Shown: positions 8,780 through 17,788 of the stretch, one piece after another
Position numbering within the stretch: position 1 is the first letter of the stretch
Layout of the letters: every line of letters starts with the position of its first letter
Assembly: GCA_002499085.1 (NCBI GenBank)
Contig: DAKD01000032.1
Coordinates: 1,315-65,314 of the forward strand
Reading direction: 5' to 3'
Origin: Methanomassiliicoccales archaeon UBA280
GTDB taxonomy: Archaea; Thermoplasmatota; Thermoplasmata; SG8-5
DNA length: 64,000 bases
The notes under the pieces: generated by a model
What the model saw: only the letters and a program-made list of their open reading frames with translations
What the model was told of the DNA's origin: nothing
Database searches by the model: none
Program-made: the position numbers and the translations under genes

Positions 8780-11700
8780 TCAACCGGTCCCGGTTTCTTT
8801 GCGGCATCTCGACGCCCAAAAAGACTTGCCAAGGGCCTCGAAGCATTCGGCGGCCTTGAGGAAACTAGCTGCAGCCTTCGTGTCCTCTCCCATGGCTTTC
8901 CTCAGCATGCCAATCTCGAAATATACCAGGCCGGTTTGATCTCTGTCCGAGGCGGAGAGGACCAAATTTAAGGCCCTATCCAGCTCGCTTGCGGCACTGT
9001 CCCATTCGCCCTTCGCCCTGTGAATGGCGCCGAGGATTCTGCGCCCTGCCGCTTCCCCGCTGGTCGAGTTCAACTCAGAGGAGATTTCTATAGACTCCCT
9101 GGCGCATGACAGGGCTTCGGCTAGGTTGCCCAGCCCCAGATACGTTTCGGCCATTCCAATATTGAAAAACGCAAGCCCGTGCCTGCTTCCCAAATCTTTT
9201 TCGATGTCGAGGCCCCGCTTGTAGCGCTCAAGGGCTTCGAGCCATTCATGCCTGAGCCTGTGTGCCTCGCCCAGATCCCTGAGGGATTCGGACACCCCCG
9301 AAAGCTGGCCCAATTTCTCACGTATGGCCAGGCTGCGGCTGTGAAACTCGAGGGCCTTATCCAGTTCCCCGAGGTCCACATGTATATTTCCCATGTTGTG
9401 CAAGGACAGGGCTATTGCTTGCTGGTTCCCCAGCGCTTCGTGCATCCTGAGGCCGTTCATTGTGTGTTCCAACGCGCTGTCAAGGTTGCCGAGTCTGTGA
9501 TATATATCGCCGATATTGGTCAGGGATGTAGCTATGCCTGATTTATCCCCTATTGACTCGAGTATGGCAAGGCCCTGTTTGTGGAACTCGAGCGCTTTCA
9601 CGATATCGCATTTGGCAGTGTAGACATTGGCTATATTGCTCAGCGATGTAGCTATACCCTGCTTGTCACCGAGCTTTCTCCTGATCGCAAGACTGCGCTC
9701 GTAGCATTGTATGGACTCATCCAGCTCACATTTGTCCGAATACACGACACCGATATTATTTAGCGATGCTGAGATGCCTAGCTTATCCCCAATCTTTTCC
9801 CTGATCGCCAGACTCTCTTTATAATTCTGGAGGGCTTTGTCCAGCTCCCCTCTGCTATGATGCACTATCCCTATGATGTTGTGGGAATTTGCAACTGCCA
9901 ATTGGTCATTGGCCAGTTTCATCATTTTAAGGCTTTGCTCGGCGAACTGGAGTGCCGAGTTGAAATCGCCTCTGGCGATATATATCGGGCTCAAAGCCCG
10001 GAGTGCCTCACCCAAGTCGGCCTGGGAGTCCAGTTCCTTGAAAAGGTTTATCGCATCGTGGAATAATGGCATGGCCTTATCATAGTTCCCCTTCTTCCAT
10101 TGGACCGAGCCCTCGGCGAGCATTATGCGCCCCATCTCAAGGCACTTGACGCCGCCAAGGGAGTCCCTGGCAATCGCCAACGTCTGAAGGGCTTCTTCGA
10201 ATTCACCCCGCTTATCCAGAACAGTCCCTGTTTTTCGAAGGGACCTGGCCCGGGTTTCGGCTTCTGCCGAGGACTCCATCTCCCTCGAATAATATCGAAT
10301 GGCATTCTCGTAATCGCCTTCTATAGTATAGATGTCGGCAATTTTTTCAAATATTACAGGTTGTTCGTCCGGCCGTAGAAAGTCCAATGCATTCTCGTAC
10401 GATTGTATCGCGTCCTGGTTGACGAAAGCCTGTGCAGCCTTATCCCCGGCGAGAACAAGATATTGCCCTGCACGCTGGTCCCGGGCGCGTGAATAATGAT
10501 GGGCGATCTCTTCGATACGGTCCATCTCCCCGGCTTCCTGCAAGCCGACAAGTATATCGCCGACTTGCCTATGGTATTCGCTCCTCAACTCATCAGAAAT
10601 CTCCTGGTACAGCACCTCGCGGACCTTTGCATGGTCGAACCTATATTTGGATTTCATGGCATGTATCAGCCTATGGGTTCGCTCGATCTCACCCAGATGC
10701 TTCAGCAAAGGAATTTTCTTGACCTCGGAGATTCTTTCCAGCAGGTCGGCGGAGAACTCTTCGCCGATTACTGAGGCTAATCCGAGGAGGTCCCTCTGGT
10801 CGCCCGTGATCCTGTCCAGCCGCCGCTGCACGACGTCAACAATCTTAGTCGGCAGCGCCAAGCTGCCTGGGTCCTTTGCGACAATCCATCTGCCGGACCC
10901 GTCGCGCACGATCGCCCCCTCATCCGCCAGAACCTTCAGCACCTCGATGATGAAGAAGGGTGTGCCTCCCGTCTGCTTATGTATCCCATGAAGGAAATTC
11001 TCGTCGAACCCGTTCGGGCCCAAGGTGAAGGTGATGAGATTTCCAGTCTCATTCTCATTGAACCTCTCAAGTTCAATTCTGTGGAATAGCCCTTCCCTAC
11101 CCATGTTCTGCATTGCAGCTTCCAGGGGATTCGGTTTTCCGTCCCGGGCTCGTACTAAGTCCTCGGGGCGATAGGCCCCAAGAATTAATACCCTGTTTTC
11201 CCTCGTATTGCGGGCAATGTAATGCAACAGCCGCAGGCTTGTGGGGTCACACCATTGGAGATCATCCACAAAAATGATCAGAGGCCATTCTGATGAAAAC
11301 CTTTGCAGACCGATGAGGACGTTGTCGAACAGGTTCTCCTGCTTCAGGCGGGGTTTGTCCAGAATATTCGAACCATTGTACTTGCCTGAATCGATGAACC
11401 AGGCCAGCTTCGGGATTACGAACTCAGATTCGGAGGTATCACCGCGCCAGCCGTCCAGCTTTCCGTCCAATTTTATGAGCAGCTGTTTCATGTCATCGAT
11501 GAGGAATTCATTCTCCGTCCCCTCGAGCACCAGACTCAACGAGAGGGTGCCGCGCTTGCTGAGCATTATCTTGTACTGCCCGTAACCGATGGAGTTCAGG
11601 CTACCTTCCCGGGAGTGTGTCATTTTTGAGAGTGAGTCCCTCATGAAAGTGCCAACTGCGGACAGCATTGAGGCGAAAATCTCAGAGTCGAGGTCTGTAT

Positions 11701-12112
11701 CCCCCCTCTCGGCTTTCGCGAGCAGTATGCCGGCCTCGTTCATCAGGTAGACGGACAGTACCCTTGGTGTAGATACCTTGGAGATGAGATGGGCAAGACC
11801 TGCTGTCCGTAGCATTTCACTGAAGGGCATCAGGGGTTCGAGACTTTCGGCAAGACACCATCCTTTAAGGACCTTAAAGCTTGAGCACTTGGGATTGTTC
11901 TCCAGTTCAGACACAAGTCTGGTCTTTCCTATGCCAGCTTCGCCCGCAAGCAATATCATTGACCCATGCGACTCTATTGCGCTGTCCAGGGCAGCCTCAA
12001 GTCTAGAAATCTCTGATTTTCTCCCGATAAAATTCAGATTATCGCGAATCTCATCACTTTGCAGGAATCCCACCGAGGGAGAATACCATTTTTCCTTATT
12101 ATGCTTATGCAA
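8780..12112 (-). CDS. STAND-like P-loop ATPase with Roadblock/LC7-like insert and long C-terminal TPR array
   Basis: Walker A GEAGIGKTRL. Walker B LIIFVDDLQWCD lies ~200 aa later. The insert VLSVYLMNEAGILLAKAERG...FASMLSAVGTFMRDS...LSLSLVLEG resembles Roadblock/MglB. More than 12 TPR units follow (e.g. NIGVVYSDKCELDESIQCYERSLAIRRKLGD). Confidence 0.8.
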   Translation of the reverse strand: MHKHNKEKWYSPSVGFLQSDEIRDNLNFIGRKSEISRLEAALDSAIESHGSMILLAGEAGIGKTRLVSELENNPKCSSFKVLKGWCLAESLEPLMPFSEMLRTAGLAHLISKVSTPRVLSVYLMNEAGILLAKAERGDTDLDSEIFASMLSAVGTFMRDSLSKMTHSREGSLNSIGYGQYKIMLSKRGTLSLSLVLEGTENEFLIDDMKQLLIKLDGKLDGWRGDTSESEFVIPKLAWFIDSGKYNGSNILDKPRLKQENLFDNVLIGLQRFSSEWPLIIFVDDLQWCDPTSLRLLHYIARNTRENRVLILGAYRPEDLVRARDGKPNPLEAAMQNMGREGLFHRIELERFNENETGNLITFTLGPNGFDENFLHGIHKQTGGTPFFIIEVLKVLADEGAIVRDGSGRWIVAKDPGSLALPTKIVDVVQRRLDRITGDQRDLLGLASVIGEEFSADLLERISEVKKIPLLKHLGEIERTHRLIHAMKSKYRFDHAKVREVLYQEISDELRSEYHRQVGDILVGLQEAGEMDRIEEIAHHYSRARDQRAGQYLVLAGDKAAQAFVNQDAIQSYENALDFLRPDEQPVIFEKIADIYTIEGDYENAIRYYSREMESSAEAETRARSLRKTGTVLDKRGEFEEALQTLAIARDSLGGVKCLEMGRIMLAEGSVQWKKGNYDKAMPLFHDAINLFKELDSQADLGEALRALSPIYIARGDFNSALQFAEQSLKMMKLANDQLAVANSHNIIGIVHHSRGELDKALQNYKESLAIREKIGDKLGISASLNNIGVVYSDKCELDESIQCYERSLAIRRKLGDKQGIATSLSNIANVYTAKCDIVKALEFHKQGLAILESIGDKSGIATSLTNIGDIYHRLGNLDSALEHTMNGLRMHEALGNQQAIALSLHNMGNIHVDLGELDKALEFHSRSLAIREKLGQLSGVSESLRDLGEAHRLRHEWLEALERYKRGLDIEKDLGSRHGLAFFNIGMAETYLGLGNLAEALSCARESIEISSELNSTSGEAAGRRILGAIHRAKGEWDSAASELDRALNLVLSASDRDQTGLVYFEIGMLRKAMGEDTKAAASFLKAAECFEALGKSFWASRCRKETGTG

Positions 12113-12246
12113 AGTAAGTTGTCGGGGGTGCCAGGCTATGACCGTTAATTCTTTACCAGTGTCTTATAACCTCTAAAATTGGCCCAACCATTTATTAAAT
12201 AGAGATATTTATATATCTATAACACTATTAAGGGTCAGGTGTCAAA

Positions 12247-12621
12247 ATGACCGAAGAAAACACGGAAATGCTGGCAGAGCTGAAGAGGATAAGGAGGCTG
12301 CTCACGCCGGCCCCGGAGCCGAAAGGGCGCAAGGGGCTGATGGGCGAATTCCTTGACTTCGTTGGAAAGTACAAGATACTGGGACTTGCGGTAGCGTTTG
12401 TCATAGGCATGTACCTGGGCGAGGTCGTGAAAGGGCTGGTGCAGGGGCTGCTGATGCCTCTGATACAGCAAATCTTGGATCCAATGGTCCAAGGAGACCT
12501 TGTGGGAAGCTTCGATCCCTACAAACCCGGCCTGTTCATCATGGCTCTCATAACCTTCATCATCGTCTGCATCGTGGTCTTCATTGTGATGAAGATGGCC
12601 AAGAAATGGAAGATCGAATAA
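12247..12621 (+). CDS. mscL: Large-conductance mechanosensitive channel MscL family protein (with ~30-aa N-terminal extension)
   Basis: FLDFVGKYKILGLAVAFVIGMYLGEVVKGLVQGLLMPLI aligns by eye with the MscL TM1 consensus. A second TM helix and a basic tail follow. Confidence 0.7.
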   Translation: MTEENTEMLAELKRIRRLLTPAPEPKGRKGLMGEFLDFVGKYKILGLAVAFVIGMYLGEVVKGLVQGLLMPLIQQILDPMVQGDLVGSFDPYKPGLFIMALITFIIVCIVVFIVMKMAKKWKIE

Positions 12622-12713
12622 ACGTATATTCGATCCAAGGCAATGCGGTTTCACAGCGATGAAACTGCAAACGACATGCCCCGCCTGTGAGGGCGGGGTT
12701 TCATTTTAATAGC

Positions 12714-13048
12714 TGTATATGTGACAGGGCATTCTCAAGCATTTTGTTGCTCTGTATTTGGGGGCCTCGCCTGTAAGGGCGAGGGGGTCGGGTACTCACC
12801 TGACAGGCCTGAGTCAGGTGATATTTGAAGCTCTAACAAGACTTCGTCTCCCTCATCCTTCGAATTGCGCATTATAAACGAAGTTTGAAAAATCGTCCCC
12901 ATGCCAGAGCTGAGAAAATTCCTCCCCGGCCTTACAGATGAGGTTTCCTGTTAAAAACGCCCGAAAATGCACTCAACAAGCGCACTCAAAATGGGGTAAA
13001 TTTGAAACCCCGCCCTCCGTTCCAAATGTCCCGCAGGACTTTGGATGC
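12714..13048. repeat. Modular hairpin-rich dispersed intergenic repeat, copy X (related copies at 29592-30153, 7275-7670, 61657-61740)
   Basis: Shared blocks: TGTAT..GTGACAG.GCATT..TTTGTTGCTCT; GGGGCCTCGCCTGTA; GGGTC.GGTACTC + hairpin; TTCGTCTC.CTCATCCTTCG; AGTTTGAAA..TG.CAGAGC; CCGCCCTCCGTTCCAAATGTCCCGCAGGACTTTGGATGC. Confidence 0.8.
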
Positions 13049-13319
13049 CGCAAAAATGAGTGCTCCCCAAGCTAAAGCATGGGGTATCCATTAATTGTCT
13101 TCACCCTGAATTTCGTGATTATTTACCGCCAGTTACTCATTCAGGCAGATTCGAAAATGTTTGGAGCATACTGACATCGTGGGGAGCACTTTAATTGAAC
13201 AATTTCTCGCATTGGAATTGCATAAAAACGCCCTTATCCGCAGACTTAAAAGTCGCGGTATGCGGGCGAGAACATGTTCAATCATCCGGGGCATGCCGCA
13301 TTAGTATGTCCGAAAACGC

Positions 13320-15068
13320 CTATTTCTTCTGCATCTCGTAGAGCGCCAGCATCTCCTCGGAGTTGGTAGCGTCCTCCGGAGCCTTGTCCTTCCGTATGAT
13401 GCCAGTGAATCGGGGAAACCTGATGGCCAGGCCCGAACCTTTCCTCACGGCTTCCCACGCGCAGGTGTGTATGGGCGAGAGCGTTATCTCTGCGCCTTTG
13501 ACTTCCATCACCAGGCTGGGCTCGAACCAGAAGTCGGCCTTCATGGTGCTTCTGACCAGCCTGTGGGGCTTGCCTCCCTTCAGCGGCTCCAGCATCCCGG
13601 GCAGCGCTGCAAGCATTTCATCGTCGAAGCCGGTTCCGAGTTTTGTGACTGTCTCGAATCGCCCGTCTTCCCGGTTATACACTGCCATGAGCAGGGCCCC
13701 GTAAGCCCCGGCCCGCTTTCCCCTTCCGGAGAATCCTCCGACCGCGACAAGGTCGACAGTGTCGTTCATCTCCGATTTGTAGTCGCGCTTGAACTTTATC
13801 CAGTTCCAGCCCCTGGAGCCGGCGCGGTAGAACGAATCCTTGGCCAGGGATTTGGCCATCACACCCTCGCCGCCCTTGGCCACCACCTTGCTGAAGTACT
13901 CCTCGGCCTCTTCCGGGTCATCGGTGACAAGAACCTCGGCCAGCTTCACACGTTCCGACTCCCGGATACAGGACTCCAGTTTCTTCCGCCGGTTCGTGTA
14001 CGGGGTCTGCGTGAGGTCCTTTCCGTTGAGGTAAAGGCAGTCGAACAGGAACAGCATCACCGGAAAATCCTCCACAGCCGAAGTAAGTTCGTACTTGCGG
14101 CCCCTGCGGCGGCTGACAGTCTGGAAAGGCAGCATCTCCCCGGTGTTAACATCCACTGGCACGCATTCCCCTTCCAGGACCGCGGCCTTGCCTTTGAAGG
14201 CCTTGGCCAGAAGCCCGACCAGGTCCGGGAACTGGTCTGTCGTATTTTCCAGCTGCCTCGTGAACAATTCCACCTTCCCGCCCTTGATGTGGGCCTGTAT
14301 CCTGAGGCCGTCGTACTTGTACTCGAATGCGCATTTTCCGCCGAGCTTCTCCAATATCTCGGGTATGCCCGGAAGCCTTTCCGCCAGCATGGCCCTGAGA
14401 GGTATGCCGACCTCCAGCTCTATCTCATCCAGCCCGACGAGTCCCTTGGAGGCTAGAAGCTTCGCCACCCTGGCCAGGTCCGAGCAGGTGTTGTAGGCAT
14501 GCTCGACCCTGTCCCTGTCGTCCTTGGTGGCATAGGTCACGGCCAATGCGTCGATGAGCGTCATGTCGGCAATGCCGAGCCTCAGCTTTCCCGCAAGAGT
14601 CCGGGCTATGAATTTGGCTTCTACGGGTGAGGAATCGTGCATCAGCTTGGCCAGGAGCTTCAGCTTCAAATCCTGCGAGCCCGCGCCCGAGGCAGAGGAA
14701 ATATGAACCAAGCTGTCGAAGACATTGTCAACGCTCAGAGTGTCCGTGAAAAGGGAGGTCTGCTTCCTCCTGGACACTGCCTCGAAGGCCACTGTGCCCA
14801 GGTCGCCCTCCTTCTGCCATAATCTCTGGATTTCAGCTTCGCTGACGCGGGTGGCCTCGTAGATGGCCCTGAGGGCCAGCTTCTCGGCGATTCCGAGCTC
14901 CTGGCCTGCAAAATCGGGCGCGAGCTTGCCCTGGGTGAGGAGCACGACCTTCTCGATGTCGCCAGGCGGGATTTTCCTGAAAAGCTCCGCCAGCAGGTCG
15001 GTCATATCCAGGCGCTTGCTTGTGGCCTCGATTCTTGAGTAGGCTTGGGCAAGCGTGAGGTAGTCCAT
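13320..15068 (-). CDS. lig: ATP-dependent DNA ligase
   Basis: Adenylation motif EYKYDGLRIQAH (KxDG), plus EGVMAK and WIKFKRDY motifs. The 582-aa length is typical of archaeal Lig. Confidence 0.95.
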   Translation of the reverse strand: MDYLTLAQAYSRIEATSKRLDMTDLLAELFRKIPPGDIEKVVLLTQGKLAPDFAGQELGIAEKLALRAIYEATRVSEAEIQRLWQKEGDLGTVAFEAVSRRKQTSLFTDTLSVDNVFDSLVHISSASGAGSQDLKLKLLAKLMHDSSPVEAKFIARTLAGKLRLGIADMTLIDALAVTYATKDDRDRVEHAYNTCSDLARVAKLLASKGLVGLDEIELEVGIPLRAMLAERLPGIPEILEKLGGKCAFEYKYDGLRIQAHIKGGKVELFTRQLENTTDQFPDLVGLLAKAFKGKAAVLEGECVPVDVNTGEMLPFQTVSRRRGRKYELTSAVEDFPVMLFLFDCLYLNGKDLTQTPYTNRRKKLESCIRESERVKLAEVLVTDDPEEAEEYFSKVVAKGGEGVMAKSLAKDSFYRAGSRGWNWIKFKRDYKSEMNDTVDLVAVGGFSGRGKRAGAYGALLMAVYNREDGRFETVTKLGTGFDDEMLAALPGMLEPLKGGKPHRLVRSTMKADFWFEPSLVMEVKGAEITLSPIHTCAWEAVRKGSGLAIRFPRFTGIIRKDKAPEDATNSEEMLALYEMQKK

Positions 15069-15106
15069 GCTAAGCAGAAGGAAATGAGAATATTTAATCT
15101 ATGGCG

Positions 15107-15229
15107 TCAGAGCATTCCCGCCAACCTAGCCATGTCCGTCTCCGCGACATGTGTGTATATCTGGGTTGTCTTGAGGTCTTTGTGGCCGAGCAGTTTCTTG
15201 ATATGGACTGCACCCCTTTTCACGGACAC
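15107..15229 (-). pseudogene. Tyrosine recombinase/integrase, C-terminal ~40-aa remnant
   Basis: Translation VSVKRGAVHIKKLLGHKDLKTTQIYTHVAETDMARLAGML* contains the LLGH...TT..Y(T)H box with the catalytic Tyr. It is bounded upstream by an in-frame TAG, and no remainder of the gene is present. Confidence 0.75.
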
Positions 15230-15586
15230 CTATAATAGTGAATAACGCATGAAACGTGAAGATATACAAAACAGACACTTGAACGTCGAACCCCCCACGA
15301 CGGACGAACTGGACGACGAACCCCGTAAGAAAAAACTACGGCAACAACGGAATTTACGGCAGGGTTTCAAACTTCTTCGGCACTTCGTGCCTCGACCCCG
15401 CTGCGCTCTCGCTTCGCTCGGGAAAGATAACATGCGGCTATCTGGCTTCGGGGGTTGCACCCCCTACGACCCAAATTCCCCTTCGGGGAACTTCAGATAG
15501 CCCCACCCGTTATACGAAACCGTGGATGGGTGTTTATTAGCAACAATATATTAGGCGATACCGTGCATCCCATCCAATCAAAAGGA

Positions 15587-16333
15587 TCACAATGCATTAA
15601 TGACAAACTCGCACACGGTCCTGAATGATGGCGTTTCTCCCACCAGTTGAGCCATCTCGCTGTCCCATTTCCTTTCCAGTAACTTGCATTGTTTCATGAA
15701 ATTCTCACGATTGAATTCCAGGTCATAATATTGAAGCTTCTGGTTAACGGTGTCGAGATCGGGTTTCTTTCCTCCGAGCATGAGCATGTAGAGGTCATAC
15801 ATGTCCCTGGCCTTGCTCCTCGTCAGTATGGCGCGCACTTTCTCTGAGGCGATTTCTTCCGGATTCATGACCTCGATAATGTAAGGAAGTATGTCCGCGT
15901 AAGGCGGCGCGATTTCCTTCCGCTCGGGCTCTTCAAAGACTGATTCTCTCTTGCTTATTTCTATCCGCACCGAAGAAAGGCTCTCCGGCCCCTTGTAAAG
16001 CGGGCCTTGTATCAGCAGCCTGAAACCTATGGTTCTTTCATCATCCATAGTTCTGTCTGATTCAGATGGGTAGTTGTAGGCATCAAGTGCGCTTGTAACC
16101 GCCCTGCTCAGCCGCTCCATGGTCTGCGGTTTTCTTGCGGTGAAATCCAGGTCTTCGCTGAATCTTGTAACTATCCCTGTTTTTTGAAGAGCCGTACCTC
16201 CTTTGAATGTGATCTCGCCGCCCATGTTTCTGGAAATGGCCCCCAAAATAATATGCTGCAAATAGTCTTTCTCCACCTGGCCAAGCGAATGTCCGGTTAT
16301 TCCGATGTATTTTTTCAGTTCTTCCCTGTTCAT
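15587..16333 (-). CDS. abiEii: AbiEii/AbiGii-family nucleotidyltransferase toxin (type IV TA)
   Basis: Hallmark FKGGTAL...RFSEDLDF motifs. ATGA overlap with the upstream antitoxin gene. Confidence 0.88.
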   Translation of the reverse strand: MNREELKKYIGITGHSLGQVEKDYLQHIILGAISRNMGGEITFKGGTALQKTGIVTRFSEDLDFTARKPQTMERLSRAVTSALDAYNYPSESDRTMDDERTIGFRLLIQGPLYKGPESLSSVRIEISKRESVFEEPERKEIAPPYADILPYIIEVMNPEEIASEKVRAILTRSKARDMYDLYMLMLGGKKPDLDTVNQKLQYYDLEFNRENFMKQCKLLERKWDSEMAQLVGETPSFRTVCEFVINAL

Positions 16334-17055
16334 TCAATCACCGTGTTCACGATTATTCGCCACTTCGGGTCATACTTGCCTTGCTTCGGGTTTTTCGGGT
16401 CTAACGGAACATAAGTTTGAGATAATCCACCGAAGTCATACGGCTGGCAAGAGTATCCGGCTTTTTCCAGAAGGTACCCTGCCCGTTTCATCACCGATTG
16501 TTTCTCGCTTCTCTTTGCATATTCAATAATTTTTTCCGGTTCTATCGTGCTGGACATGGAAAAATAGACCTCGTCCAGCGAGATATAGTCCATGTATTGC
16601 AGGCTATCGATTATGGCCCGTTCTTTCTCAGCTATAAAGGCAATTTTGCCTTCTATTTTGACTTTCTTGATGCCATATATTTTTGAGGACGCGGTATTGA
16701 TGAACCTAATCTGGAAATTACCGGTTTCCAATTCGATCTTCAGAACACACGGCCTTTTAGTGCAGACCACATCCACCATTCTTGGCATCTGGGTTGTGGC
16801 TCCATAATATTCGAAAGCTTTCCATAGTGAAACATAAGACGGAAAGTAAATACTGGACGCTATGCAAAGAATATCAGTATCGGGCAGAGCGAATCTTCCC
16901 CGCATGATTCTGGTCAGTTCGTTCGCGCCAATCATCCGATTCAACAGGACGGCGGCATACGCACTATCTTTGCCCAATATCGCAGAGAATTGTTGCACTG
17001 TAAACACCGGTATTTGCATGTTTTCTAGCATTTTTACGACCGAAAGCCTGTTCAT
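16330..17055 (-). CDS. abiEi: AbiEi-family antitoxin / transcriptional regulator
   Basis: N-terminal wHTH (FTVQQFSAILGKDSAYAAVLLNRMIGANELTRIMRGRFAL). Position and coupling to abiEii. Start trimmed to the Met at 17055. Confidence 0.8.
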   Translation of the reverse strand: MNRLSVVKMLENMQIPVFTVQQFSAILGKDSAYAAVLLNRMIGANELTRIMRGRFALPDTDILCIASSIYFPSYVSLWKAFEYYGATTQMPRMVDVVCTKRPCVLKIELETGNFQIRFINTASSKIYGIKKVKIEGKIAFIAEKERAIIDSLQYMDYISLDEVYFSMSSTIEPEKIIEYAKRSEKQSVMKRAGYLLEKAGYSCQPYDFGGLSQTYVPLDPKNPKQGKYDPKWRIIVNTVIE

Positions 17056-17149
17056 CGAGTAGGATAGCACAATTATCATATATATGTCTTTTGATGTCAC
17101 CAGATTATCATAAATGTAATTTAGCGACAATAAAGTACATATATTATCA

Positions 17150-17299
17150 TGCAATTATCTCGTCCAGAACGATCCTGACCATCTCGACTTCGACTGCGAG
17201 TACCTGTTTGATTAATTCAACAAGAAGGTCAGTCATCTCCAGGCGCTTGCTGGTCGCCTCGATTCCCTCGTAGGTTCGGGCAAGGGTGAGGTAGTCCAT
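17150..17299 (-). pseudogene. Displaced, diverged 5' fragment of the DNA ligase gene
   Basis: MDYLTLARTYEGIEATSKRLEMTDLLVELIKQ compared with the intact lig MDYLTLAQAYSRIEATSKRLDMTDLLAELFRK. After ~32 codons similarity is lost and a stop follows. Confidence 0.8.
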
Positions 17300-17353
17300 G
17301 GCAGGGAGATTGGGCTGAGAATATTTAATTGTGAGGAATGCCATGCGCCCGCT

Positions 17354-17788
17354 ATGCTCAAGAAACTCGCAGACTCGGATGAGGGAAAAGCCGTTGCGGC
17401 CGCGCTGGAGAGGCTGAATCAGAGAGATCAGGCCCTCTGGGCTGCAGATTGCGCCGAGCATGTTCTCCCGTTTTTCGAGGCAAAGTGCCCCGGAGAGGTG
17501 AGGCCCCGGGAGGCAATCGAGGCGGCAAGAGCCTGGGCCCGGGGTGAAATTAGATGCGGCGCGGCCAGGAAGGCTGCCCTGGCTGCCCATGCTGCGGCCA
17601 GGGAGGCGGGGGATGGGGCTGCTGTCGCGGCAGCCAGGGCCGCCGGGCATGCTGCGGCAACCACCCATGTGGCCAGGCATTCTGCCGGCGCCGGGCTCTA
17701 TGCGGCGAAGGCGGCGTTCATTTCAGGCGGCCATGAGGGCCTCGACAGGGAAAGGAAATGGCAGCTGGAGAGGCTGGCGGACGGTTAG
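17354..17788 (+). CDS. Ala-rich helical protein resembling the 'putative immunity protein / Imm5-like' family (function unknown)
   Basis: The pattern ALWAADCAEHVLPFFE...PREAIEAARAWARGE...AALAAHAAAREA...AAARAAGHAAATTHVARHSAGAGLYAAKA is recalled from a widespread bacterial family. Very GC-rich, with competing ORFs in other frames. Confidence 0.5.
   Translation: MLKKLADSDEGKAVAAALERLNQRDQALWAADCAEHVLPFFEAKCPGEVRPREAIEAARAWARGEIRCGAARKAALAAHAAAREAGDGAAVAAARAAGHAAATTHVARHSAGAGLYAAKAAFISGGHEGLDRERKWQLERLADG

Larger units (their letters stand above)
15069..17335. mobile_element. Decayed integrated element inserted at the 5' end of lig (integrase remnant + AbiE TA pair), bounded by diverged copies of the lig 5' end and promoter
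   Basis: About 105-135 bp around the lig start (14975-15100) recurs at 17190-17335 with ~80% identity (estimated by eye), including the ATG and the upstream GAGAATATTTAAT box. The interior is AT-richer than the flanks and carries a tyrosine recombinase C-terminal fragment. Confidence 0.7.

Noticed and set aside
13467-14456. 329-aa plus-strand ORF opposite the DNA ligase gene
   Set aside because: Shadow ORF. The ligase motifs are on the minus strand, and this translation has no recognisable domain.
17147-17680. 177-aa minus-strand ORF
   Set aside because: Only its last 50 codons (17150-17299) are meaningful, as the orphan lig 5' fragment. The upstream part is Gly/Pro-rich and antisense to the 17354-17788 ORF.
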